A DNA stretch of 64,000 nucleotides from Candidatus Aminicenantes bacterium UBA2190 (GTDB taxonomy: Bacteria; Acidobacteriota; Aminicenantia; UBA2199). Within the stretch, counting starts at the first letter, position 1. Every line of letters starts with the position of its first letter. The position numbers were made by a program, and so were the translations under genes. The stretch covers positions 27,597 to 91,596 of the forward strand of contig DCVK01000054.1 of assembly GCA_002335385.1 (NCBI GenBank). Reading direction: 5' to 3'. The notes beneath the pieces were generated by a model. It was not told where the DNA came from and made no database searches. It worked only from the letters and a program-made list of their open reading frames with translations. Positions 1-8,496 of the stretch are shown here, one piece after another.

Positions 1-693
1 CCATTCTTCCAAACCAATGGAATTGCACCAGCGGCAGGATTTTCCTCGACCGTGGAAGACCTGGGGAAGTTCACTTCGTGGCAGTTCCGGCTCCTCGAAA
101 AAGGCGGAACTGAAATCCTTGATGCCAACACGTTGCGCGAAATGCACCGCGTCCAGTGGCTGGAGCCGGATTGGCGAACGGCCAGGGGGCTCGGGTTTGC
201 TGTATGGCAGAAAGGCGAGAAGACATTTGTGGGACATGGGGGGAACTGCCCCGGCTACCGATCCTCGCTCCTGCTGCAGTTGCAGGAGAAAATTGCCGCG
301 GTATTTGCGGCCAATGCCTCGGGTGTCAATGCCGGGAAATTCACCGAGATCGCCTACGCGATTGTCGCCCCGGCGCTGGCAGAAGCCAAAGACCTTGAAA
401 AGAAGCAGACACCGCTCGATCCTTCCCTGCTGCCATATGTCGGAATCTACGGCAACCAGCCTTGGGGTGGCGAGACGGCCATCGTTTATTACGGAGATGG
501 GCTGGCTGGGGTGGACTTTCCGACCAATGACCCGCTGGGCGATATGGTCAAGCTGAAGCGGATCAGCGGCAACACGTTCCGCTTGATTCGCAAGGATGGG
601 GAGCTTGGTGAAAAGGTGGAATTTGAACAGGGGAGCGACGGGAGGGTGATGCGAATGAAGGTGGACAGCAATTATCAGGTCAAGATTAAGTGA
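1..693 (+). CDS. Serine hydrolase, beta-lactamase/PBP family with DUF3471-like C-terminus (5'-truncated by window)
   Basis: Frame open from base 1 (PFFQTNGIAPAAGFSSTVEDLGKF); PAAG.SS..DL motif, GLGF, HGG triad (VGHGGNCPGY), C-terminal 'Y.G.Y' DUF3471-like domain. Confidence 0.8.
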   Translation, partial: PFFQTNGIAPAAGFSSTVEDLGKFTSWQFRLLEKGGTEILDANTLREMHRVQWLEPDWRTARGLGFAVWQKGEKTFVGHGGNCPGYRSSLLLQLQEKIAAVFAANASGVNAGKFTEIAYAIVAPALAEAKDLEKKQTPLDPSLLPYVGIYGNQPWGGETAIVYYGDGLAGVDFPTNDPLGDMVKLKRISGNTFRLIRKDGELGEKVEFEQGSDGRVMRMKVDSNYQVKIK

Positions 694-758
694 AGCGATG
701 ACCCATTCAGGATCCCTGATTAATCCAAAGATTGCGGAATGGTCTCAGTGAGGGATCA

Positions 759-1619
759 ATGAGAGAGTTAAGGTTCGGATTCCTTTTTGTCATGTTTATG
801 GTGCTGGCACCGGGGGAGGGATGGGGCAACGAGACAGCTTGGAATGTGCCCGCGGTCACGGTTGAACGCTCCGCCCAGTACAAGCTCGAATCAAAGATCG
901 TCGGCGATGTCTTCGTTATCCAGGTTCGGCTGCCCCAATCGTATGCCGCAGGCGGTAATCGTTATCCTGTGCTCTATGTCCTCGATGCTGACAAGTGCTT
1001 TGGCCTGGCGGCGGATACGGCGGACTGGCTGGCTTGGGCCCAGGAGGCTCCCGAGGTCATTGTCGTGGGCATCGCTTATGGCCGGGGTCTTGAGGACTGG
1101 TGGCAAAAGCGGAGCCGCGACTTGACTCCGACGAAGGATGCCAGCAAATTGTGGGGTGAGTTCCCCATCGCCGGAGGAGCCGCCAAATTCCAGGAATTCC
1201 TGGCAGCGGAGTTGTTCCCATTTATCGAAAGCCGCTTCCGCGCCCGGCCGGATGATCGCGCCCTGGCCGGGATCTCGATTGGCGGGCTATTTGGAGCGTG
1301 CACCCTGTTCACCCGCCCGACTCTATTCCAGCGATATATCCTTATCTCCCCGGCGTTCATCTGGGATCATAAGCGCCTTTGGCAGCATGAAGCCGAGTAT
1401 CAGGCGAAGTCCAAGGCGCTTGCGGCAATTGTTTTCACTGCGGTCGGCGAGGCAGATGAGCAAGCCATCTTGACCCCCTGGGCGGAATTCAATCGTTTAA
1501 TCCAGGAGCGCAGCTATGCCGGATTGCGCTGGCTGGCACAGAGTTTTCCTGGCGAGAGCCATATTTCGGTTCTCCCCGGCGCCCTGGCGCGTGGCCTCAA
1601 GATGATTTACGGGGAATAG
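759..1619 (+). CDS. Exported alpha/beta hydrolase, IroE/YuiI-type esterase
   Basis: Signal peptide, YPVLYVLDA, RSRDLTP, nucleophile elbow GISIGG, catalytic His in GESH. Confidence 0.85.
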   Translation: MRELRFGFLFVMFMVLAPGEGWGNETAWNVPAVTVERSAQYKLESKIVGDVFVIQVRLPQSYAAGGNRYPVLYVLDADKCFGLAADTADWLAWAQEAPEVIVVGIAYGRGLEDWWQKRSRDLTPTKDASKLWGEFPIAGGAAKFQEFLAAELFPFIESRFRARPDDRALAGISIGGLFGACTLFTRPTLFQRYILISPAFIWDHKRLWQHEAEYQAKSKALAAIVFTAVGEADEQAILTPWAEFNRLIQERSYAGLRWLAQSFPGESHISVLPGALARGLKMIYGE

Positions 1620-1828
1620 GAGGGTCGCATTTTCAAGGCAAATTCTTTCCACAACCTCTCATTGACATTCCAGAATAATAATCTCAGAATACCAGCATAG
1701 GGAAAATTGATTGTGCTTTAATCGATTTTCTGCAAACGCCGGGAGGGAAAGCCCGGCGGCAAATGGGGGAAGGGGAAAATACAGCGAACATGCAGCGCGG
1801 GTGCAGTGCCAAAAAAAGGAGGGAGTCT

Positions 1829-3079
1829 ATGAAAAGATTGAGTGCGATCGTCATACTGATACTGTTTGTTCCATGCCTGGTTCCCGGCCAGGCTGCAGCG
1901 GAGCCTGAGAAGAAGAGTCAAGCGACATCCAACTCGGCCACAATACCCGCCGTGCGGGATTATGAAGATCCGCGAATTCTCAAACTCGCGAAAATACTTG
2001 TCAATTATTCGGTCAATCTGAAAAAAGGCGAGAAAATATTGCTCTCGGTGGGTAATGAAAATTCGGTCCCTCTCGCCAAAGCGATAATCGATGAAGTGTA
2101 TCGCATCGGTGGCATACCGTTTGTAGACATGTTCAATTCACGGCTGGAAAGAGCGCTGTATCTTGGGGCATCCGCGGAACGATATCAGCTGATGCTTTCG
2201 TGGGATTCCCTAAAATATGGCTCCATGAATGCCTACATAGGTCTCATCTGCTCGGAGAACACCAGTGAATTTTCGGACGTTCCCGAGGAAAAATTCAGTC
2301 TTGAGTCAAAACATTATGGGGAGCCACTAACGAACAAAATCATCTTGCCTAAACTTAAAATCTGCGGCCTACGCGTCCCAGCCGCCAGCATGGCTCAAGC
2401 GGCGGGTATGTCTACCGAAGCATTTACCGATTTTTACTTCAAGGTTTGCACGGTGGATTACAGCAAACTGGCCAAGGCCATGGAGCCTCTGATACGGCTC
2501 ATGAAAGCCACCGATAAAGTCCGTATTGTTGGCCCTGGCACTGATTTGACGTTTTCAATCAAGGGCATTCCCGCCGTGGTATGTTCCGGACATGTAAACA
2601 TCCCTGATGGAGAACTCTATACGGCTCCGGTAAAAAATTCCGTCAACGGCACCTTGACCATCAATCAACCCAGCAAAAGGTATGGCGTCACATATCAGGA
2701 TATCCGGCTGAAATTCAAGGACGGCAAAATAGTCAATGCCACGGCGAATTATCCTGAGAAGCTCAATCAAATATTGGATACTGACGAAGGAGCGCGCTAT
2801 CTCGGGGAATTTTCATTCGGCCTGAATCCGGATATTGAAAAGCCGATGAATAACACTCTCTTCGACGAGAAGATCGCCATGAGCTTCCATATCGCGATAG
2901 GCAACTCATACCCCGATGCGGATAACGGCAATCGTTCCGGATTGCATTGGGACCTGGTATGCATCCAATCTCCGGAATATGGCGGCGGTGAAATATGGTT
3001 CGACGGGAAACTGGTGCGCAAAGACGGTCTGTTCGTGCTGCCGGAGCTTCTGGGATTGAATCCGGAAAATCTGAAATAA
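1829..3079 (+). CDS. M29 (AmpS/AmpT-type) aminopeptidase with N-terminal signal peptide
   Basis: NIPDGELYTAP, LGEF, NTLFDEK, HIAIG, SGLHWD metal-ligand motifs; AGGAGG RBS before ATG 1829; signal peptide MKRLSAIVILILFVPCLVPGQAAA. Confidence 0.9.
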   Translation: MKRLSAIVILILFVPCLVPGQAAAEPEKKSQATSNSATIPAVRDYEDPRILKLAKILVNYSVNLKKGEKILLSVGNENSVPLAKAIIDEVYRIGGIPFVDMFNSRLERALYLGASAERYQLMLSWDSLKYGSMNAYIGLICSENTSEFSDVPEEKFSLESKHYGEPLTNKIILPKLKICGLRVPAASMAQAAGMSTEAFTDFYFKVCTVDYSKLAKAMEPLIRLMKATDKVRIVGPGTDLTFSIKGIPAVVCSGHVNIPDGELYTAPVKNSVNGTLTINQPSKRYGVTYQDIRLKFKDGKIVNATANYPEKLNQILDTDEGARYLGEFSFGLNPDIEKPMNNTLFDEKIAMSFHIAIGNSYPDADNGNRSGLHWDLVCIQSPEYGGGEIWFDGKLVRKDGLFVLPELLGLNPENLK

Positions 3080-3150
3080 GGAATTCCCGCTGGAAATATT
3101 TTGTTCGACTGTATCCAATGCCTTGATTCCTACTCAGGCTTTGCTGTCAT

Positions 3151-4245
3151 TTAGATCTTGTCGATCATGGCGGATATCCACCCAGCGATCGTGCGCGCCA
3201 ATGAAGCCAACATGCCCGGGATGCGCTCGTAGTTGAAGAAGATCCAGGCGGCCAGGGCCAAGACCAGCAGCAGGTTCAGAAGGAAAAGGCGGCGCGGATT
3301 GCTTTTCCTGCGCCGCGGCTGTGGCTTCTGGGCCGGCTTGGGGGCCGCCTCGCCGGCGGCGCGGCTTTGGCGCGTCTTGTCCCGGTCGCCCGTTTTGGGC
3401 AGGGGGCCAAACTCCGGCTTGCCGGCCTTGGGCAGCTTGATGGGCCTGAACAGCGGCTTGACCAATTCCTGCCACTCCTTTTCCGTCCCCGGCCGCATGT
3501 TCCTCTCCTTGGCCATCATGCGGTCGAGCAGGGTCTGGTAGGCGGCCAGCTCGTCGGGCAGGCGCGGCACGGGCTCGGTCACATGCTTCATGATGACGGC
3601 CATGGTCTGGTTGCCCTTGAAGGGCGGCTGGCCGCAGAGCATCTCGTAGAGGACGACGCCCAGGCTGTACACGTCGCTGCGTCCGTCGGCGCGCTTGGCG
3701 TTGAGCTGTTCGGGGCTCATGTAGCGCGGCGTGCCCATGCTCATGCCCGAGCGCGTCAGCTGCGTGGTCGACTCCAGCACGCGGGCGATGCCGAAGTCGA
3801 GGATCACCGGCGTGCCGTCGGGTCGGAACATGATGTTGTCGGGCTTGACGTCACGATGGACGAAGCCCTTGCGGTGGGCGTGGAAGAGGGCTGCGGCCAC
3901 CTGGTTGGCGATGGCGAGCGCTTCGTCGGGGACGAGGCGGCCGCGCTCCTGGATGCGCCGCTTGAGGCTCTCGGGAAAGAACTCCATGGCCATGAAGCGC
4001 AGCTCCGGGGTGCGACCGGTCTCGTAGATGCGCACGATGTTGGGGTGGTGCAGGCTGGAAATGGTCCGCGCCTCCTTGATGAAGCGCCGGACGGCCACCG
4101 TCTCGGCGAAGCGCCGGCGGGTCAGGACTTTCACTGCCACCAGCCGCCGCTGCCGGCCGTCGAGGGCCAGGAAGACATCGGCGGCGCCGCCGCTGCCCAG
4201 GAACTTCTTCAGTTCATAGCCGGGGACTTCCGGGAAGACGGCCAT
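3151..4245 (-). CDS. Hanks-type Ser/Thr protein kinase with C-terminal membrane anchor
   Basis: GSGGAADV P-loop, VAVK, HRDVKPDN, DFG, GTPRYMSPEQ, DVYSLG; hydrophobic helix near C-terminus. Confidence 0.95.
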   Translation of the reverse strand: MAVFPEVPGYELKKFLGSGGAADVFLALDGRQRRLVAVKVLTRRRFAETVAVRRFIKEARTISSLHHPNIVRIYETGRTPELRFMAMEFFPESLKRRIQERGRLVPDEALAIANQVAAALFHAHRKGFVHRDVKPDNIMFRPDGTPVILDFGIARVLESTTQLTRSGMSMGTPRYMSPEQLNAKRADGRSDVYSLGVVLYEMLCGQPPFKGNQTMAVIMKHVTEPVPRLPDELAAYQTLLDRMMAKERNMRPGTEKEWQELVKPLFRPIKLPKAGKPEFGPLPKTGDRDKTRQSRAAGEAAPKPAQKPQPRRRKSNPRRLFLLNLLLVLALAAWIFFNYERIPGMLASLARTIAGWISAMIDKI

Positions 4246-4246
4246 G

Positions 4247-6001
4247 TTACCCTTCCGCCGCGTCCGGCGCTGCGCAGGCCGCGACGCCCCGGCTGCGGTA
4301 CATCGCCTGGTCGGCTTCGCGCAGGCACTCCTCGATGGTGACGTCGGCGCGGAAGGAGGCGGTCCCCAGGCTGACGGCCACGTTCAGGTGCCGGCCGTTG
4401 AACGCGAAATCGTGGCCGGCGATTTTTTCGCCGATGGCCCGGCAAAGGACGCAGGCGCCTTTGGCGTCGGTTTCGGGCAGCAGGAAGAGGAACTCGTCGC
4501 CGCCCCAGCGCGCCACCGTGTCCTGGGCGCGCAGGGTGGCGGAGAACAGCGCGGCGGCGGCCTTGAGCACGAAATCCCCGGCGTCATGGCCCAGGCTGTC
4601 GTTGACGGCCTTGAAGCCGACCAGGTCGGCCATGACCAGGGTGAAGGGCTTTTGCGAGCGCCGGAAGCGCTTCTCCTCGTGCTCGATCTCCTCCATGGCG
4701 GCGCGGCGGTTGGGCAGCCCGGTCAACTGGTCCTGGCGCGCAAGCTCCTCCATCCGGCGATAGGCCTTTTCCAGCTTCCCCTGCTGGGCGCCGATGCGCT
4801 GGTTGGCCTCCTCGAGCCAGCGGTTCGCCCTGGCCTTGGCGCGGAAGTTGTAGTAAAGAACCGCGGCCAGGAGCAGCACCAGCAGCGCCACGAAGAACAG
4901 GAAATTGCGCTGGCTGCGCTGCTTGGCCGCGGCCAGGGCGGCGATCTCCTTGTCCCGCCGCAGCAGCTCGTTCTCGCGCTGTTTCTTTTCCACCTCGTAG
5001 CGCGTCTGCATCTCCACGGTCTGCCGGGTCTTCTCCTTGTCGAACAGCTGTGCCCACAGGTCGTGGTAGCGGCGGTAATTATCCAGTGCCCGGGGGAATT
5101 CGCGCGTCTTTTCATGGATCTGTGCGGTCAGCAGCAGGATCTGGGACAAGTCCCGGTCCTGGCCCGTCTGTTCGGCCATGGGCCGCGCCTCCTCCAGGGC
5201 GGCCAGCGCCTCCGGATAACGGCCCAGGGCATGCAGGCAATCGGCGATGGTGAACAGCGATATGATCGTGCCCCGCACATGCCCGATGCGGCGGTCGATG
5301 GCCAGCGCCTCCCGCAGCAGGGGCAGCGCCTTTTCCGGCTTTCCCTGCAGGCGGTGAAACTCCCCCATGTCGTGCAGGCCGTTGGCCAGCAGATCGGGCT
5401 CTCCGTGCTCGCGGGCCAGCTTCAGCGACGTTTCCTTGTAGGGAAGGGCCGCGGCGAATTTCTTGCTGAATAGGTGCACGTTGCCGATCTCGTTGAGCGC
5501 CATGATGACGCGCCGGCGGTTGCCGAGCGCTTTGGCCGACTCGTAGGCGGCGGTGAAGTATTTCAGCGCCAGCTCGTAGTTCTGCAGGTCGCGGTGGACG
5601 TAACCGATCAGATAAGAGCTGGCCGAGGCGATATCGCGGTCGCCGCCCTGCTCGGCCGTCGCCTCGGCGCGCAGCAGGAATTCGAGGGCCCGGTCCTGGT
5701 CGCCCAGGACAAGTTCGCTCAAGCCGGCCCCCTTCAGCAGGCGCGCGGAGGGAACGGCGCCATGCTTGGCCAGGATGCCCCGCGCTTCATCGAACGTGCT
5801 CCGCGCCGCCTTGTGGTCGTGCCGGTCCTGCTCGGCCTCGCCCCGAAGGGTGAGCGCCGCTGCCAGTTCCCGGGCGACCTCCCCCCGCTCTGCTCCCGAT
5901 GCGTGCGCCAGTTTTCGTCTCAAGGCCTCGGTGTCGTTGCCGGCGGACGCAGCCAGGATCATGCCGGCGAGGTAAATAAGAAGCAGTGCGGTACTTTTCA
6001 T
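4247..6001 (-). CDS. Periplasmic TPR-sensor diguanylate cyclase (start 6001 or 6019)
   Basis: Signal peptide, TPR repeats, TM helix, DQLTGLPNRR, RAQD I-site, RWGGDEF. Confidence 0.9.
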   Translation of the reverse strand: MKSTALLLIYLAGMILAASAGNDTEALRRKLAHASGAERGEVARELAAALTLRGEAEQDRHDHKAARSTFDEARGILAKHGAVPSARLLKGAGLSELVLGDQDRALEFLLRAEATAEQGGDRDIASASSYLIGYVHRDLQNYELALKYFTAAYESAKALGNRRRVIMALNEIGNVHLFSKKFAAALPYKETSLKLAREHGEPDLLANGLHDMGEFHRLQGKPEKALPLLREALAIDRRIGHVRGTIISLFTIADCLHALGRYPEALAALEEARPMAEQTGQDRDLSQILLLTAQIHEKTREFPRALDNYRRYHDLWAQLFDKEKTRQTVEMQTRYEVEKKQRENELLRRDKEIAALAAAKQRSQRNFLFFVALLVLLLAAVLYYNFRAKARANRWLEEANQRIGAQQGKLEKAYRRMEELARQDQLTGLPNRRAAMEEIEHEEKRFRRSQKPFTLVMADLVGFKAVNDSLGHDAGDFVLKAAAALFSATLRAQDTVARWGGDEFLFLLPETDAKGACVLCRAIGEKIAGHDFAFNGRHLNVAVSLGTASFRADVTIEECLREADQAMYRSRGVAACAAPDAAEG

Positions 6002-6080
6002 CGTTGGCTGACGGCTCATGGTAGGCAAAGCCCCGACAGAAGTCAACTGGACCGCGGACGGATTCCCGGCCGCGAACCGC

Positions 6081-7088
6081 TCACGCAACGGGCGGCGCCG
6101 GCTGGCGGTAGAGCCCCAGGTGCCGGAACAGCCATAGCCCCCCCCACAAGGTCAGGAACGAGCCCAGGCCCGACACCAGGAACATCCCCCAGCGCGAAGC
6201 GGTGACGGCGGGGAGCAGGGATACTCCGTGGCGGAGCAGCAGGCTGAGAACCCAGAAGAGGAGCCCGCCGAGCAGGACGCGGGCCAGCCGGGTCCAGATG
6301 GAGCCGCGGTCATCGGGAAGCCCCGTGCGCTCGGCCAGGGTGAAAGCGGCGTTCAACCCGACATAGAAGCCGGCGAGATTGGCGGAGATCCCCGCCAAAA
6401 GAGCCAGCAGCAATGGCAGGACAAATAGGAAGAAGAAGTAAACGACCCCCGGCAGGGAAGAAGCGCTTCCGACCCGGGCCGCCGCGAAAAAGCGTTCCCC
6501 GCCGGTGCCGATCAGCTTCCAGGCTGCCAACAGGACCAGCGTTCCCAGCAGGATGCCGCCCAGGATGTCGGCCAGGAAGTGGACGCCCAGGTAGAGGCGG
6601 GTGAGGGCGATCAACGCCACCATGAAGGGGGCGAACCAGGCCAGCGCCCGCTTGCGGGAGATGACGGCCAGACCTCCCCACAAGGCTACCGCGCCCGAGG
6701 CGTGGCCCGAGGGCATGCCGAAATTGAGCCCCTGCAAGCGAAAGGCATCGATGGCCGGGCGGGCGGGCAGGTCGAGGAAGCCCTTTCCCCCCATGGCGCG
6801 GAAGGGCGTGGCCGCGTCCCAGCCCGGCTCCAGGCAGTCGACGCGGGAATCGACGAAGAACGGCCGCGGCAGGCCGAACAAGCGCTTGGCCATCTCGCTG
6901 GCAACGGCCGTCCAGGCGATGATCTGGAAAAGCAGGAATCCCTTGCGCAGGCTGAAGCCGAACATGACGGCGATGACCATGGTGATGACGAAGAAGTAAT
7001 AGCCGCTGGCCGTGACCTGGCGCATCAGCCAGGTCAGGAAGTCCGAGGAAAACGCCTGCAGGGTGACGTGGATCTCTGTCTGGAACAT
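6081..7088 (-). CDS. PAP2-family membrane phosphatase
   Basis: K...RP, PSGH, TRLYLGVHFLADI motifs; multiple TM helices. Confidence 0.9.
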   Translation of the reverse strand: MFQTEIHVTLQAFSSDFLTWLMRQVTASGYYFFVITMVIAVMFGFSLRKGFLLFQIIAWTAVASEMAKRLFGLPRPFFVDSRVDCLEPGWDAATPFRAMGGKGFLDLPARPAIDAFRLQGLNFGMPSGHASGAVALWGGLAVISRKRALAWFAPFMVALIALTRLYLGVHFLADILGGILLGTLVLLAAWKLIGTGGERFFAAARVGSASSLPGVVYFFFLFVLPLLLALLAGISANLAGFYVGLNAAFTLAERTGLPDDRGSIWTRLARVLLGGLLFWVLSLLLRHGVSLLPAVTASRWGMFLVSGLGSFLTLWGGLWLFRHLGLYRQPAPPVA

Positions 7089-7117
7089 GCGTGCACCTCA
7101 TGGTTGGTTTCGCGGCC

Positions 7118-7183
7118 ATTGTCGGCCTTGGCCCTTCCTTTGTCAACCGGGGACGATTGACACGATAACCTTTTTGGTATAAT
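7118..7183. promoter_or_regulatory. Back-to-back sigma70-like promoters for PAP2 gene (-) and RND operon (+)
   Basis: Minus: TTGACA(7146-7141)-17-GACAAT. Plus: TTGACA 7157-7162 and extended -10 TGgTATAAT 7175-7183 (spacer only 15). Confidence 0.55.
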
Positions 7184-7272
7184 TTTCGTATAGACAAATT
7201 CACGCAGTGCCTGCCGCACCGGCAGACCTGGAATGCCGTCCCGGCCGGTAGCGGACAGGCAAGGAAATCAGC

Positions 7273-8496
7273 ATGAAGATAAAATTCACGCGCAAGAGGA
7301 TGGTGCTAATAACAGGGGCCGTGCTGGTCGCGTCCTTCCTGGGCTGGAAGATCTACCAGAAGGCAAAAAGCGGCGCGGGCGGACCGGGCTTCGGCGGCGT
7401 CGCCGTTGCCGTCGAGGTCGCCCCGATCGCCCGGGGAGCCCTGCGCGACCTGGGAAGCTACACCGGCACGATGACGGCCAAGACCAATGTCACCGTCTCT
7501 CCCAAGATCGCCGGCCGCCTGAACCGCCTGCTGGTCGACATCGGCGACCCGGTGCGCAGCGGCCAGCTGCTGGCCGTGCTGGATGACGACGAGTACCGCC
7601 AGCAGGCGATCCAGGCCGAGGCCGACCTGCGCGTGGCCAAGGCCAACCTGGAGGAGGCGCGCAGTTCCCTGACCATGGCCGAGAGGAACCTGGAGCGGGC
7701 GCGCGCCCTGCATCAGAGCGGCATCCAGAGCGACGCCCAGCTGGACCAGGTCCTTGCCGCCAACGAGTCGCAGCAAGCCCGGTTCCACGTGGCCGAAGCC
7801 CAGGTGGCCAACCGCGAGGCGGCGCTGGAGAGCGCCCGGGTGCGTCTCTCCTATACCCGTATCGCCGCGACCTGGGAGCGGGGCCGGCCGGTGCGCTACG
7901 TCGGCGAACGCTTCGCCGACGAGGGGGCGCTGCTGGCAGCCAACACCCCCATCCTGTCGGTCATCGAGCTGCAGCCGATCACGGCCGTCATCCACGTCAC
8001 CGACCGCGAGTACTTCCGCCTGAAAACCGGGCAGCCGGCGACGGTCAGCGGCAGCGCCTTCCCCGGCAAGGTCTTCTCCGGCCGCATCGTGCGCATCGCC
8101 CCGCTGCTGCAGGAGGCATCGCGCCAGGCGCGGGTGGAGATCGAGGTCGACAACCCGGAGCGCCTGCTCAAGCCCGGCATGTTCATCACGGTCGAGATCG
8201 AATTCGCCCGCCGCGCCGGCGTCATGGTCGTCCCCTACAACGCCCTGGCCAAGAGGGGCGGGCAGCAAGGGGTTTTCCTGGTCGCTGAAGACGGACAAGC
8301 GGCGCGCTTCCTTCCCGTGCGCACCGGCATCATGGAAGGGGGGCAGGTGGAGATACTGGAGCCGAAAGACATCTCGGGGCGCGTGGTCGTCCTGGGGCAC
8401 TACCTGCTCGAGACCGAGGGCCGGATCATCCTGCCGGAGGCTGGCAACGGCCTGAAGCCCGCCGCGGGCGGCAAAAAGGCCGGAGGCGGCAAATGA
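7273..8496 (+). CDS. RND efflux periplasmic adaptor (membrane fusion protein)
   Basis: N-terminal anchor, lipoyl-like VSPKIAGR..GD.V..GQLL, coiled-coil hairpin, LKPGMF; ATGA overlap with permease. Confidence 0.93.
   Translation: MKIKFTRKRMVLITGAVLVASFLGWKIYQKAKSGAGGPGFGGVAVAVEVAPIARGALRDLGSYTGTMTAKTNVTVSPKIAGRLNRLLVDIGDPVRSGQLLAVLDDDEYRQQAIQAEADLRVAKANLEEARSSLTMAERNLERARALHQSGIQSDAQLDQVLAANESQQARFHVAEAQVANREAALESARVRLSYTRIAATWERGRPVRYVGERFADEGALLAANTPILSVIELQPITAVIHVTDREYFRLKTGQPATVSGSAFPGKVFSGRIVRIAPLLQEASRQARVEIEVDNPERLLKPGMFITVEIEFARRAGVMVVPYNALAKRGGQQGVFLVAEDGQAARFLPVRTGIMEGGQVEILEPKDISGRVVVLGHYLLETEGRIILPEAGNGLKPAAGGKKAGGGK

Noticed and set aside
1733-1812. GCAAA...GAAA...GCAAA hairpin upstream of the M29 gene resembling a c-di-GMP-I riboswitch
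   Set aside because: The GAAA is not a closed tetraloop, the GACGCAAAGC junction is missing and no P3/P1 pairing is visible; probably a plain hairpin. Infernal would settle it.
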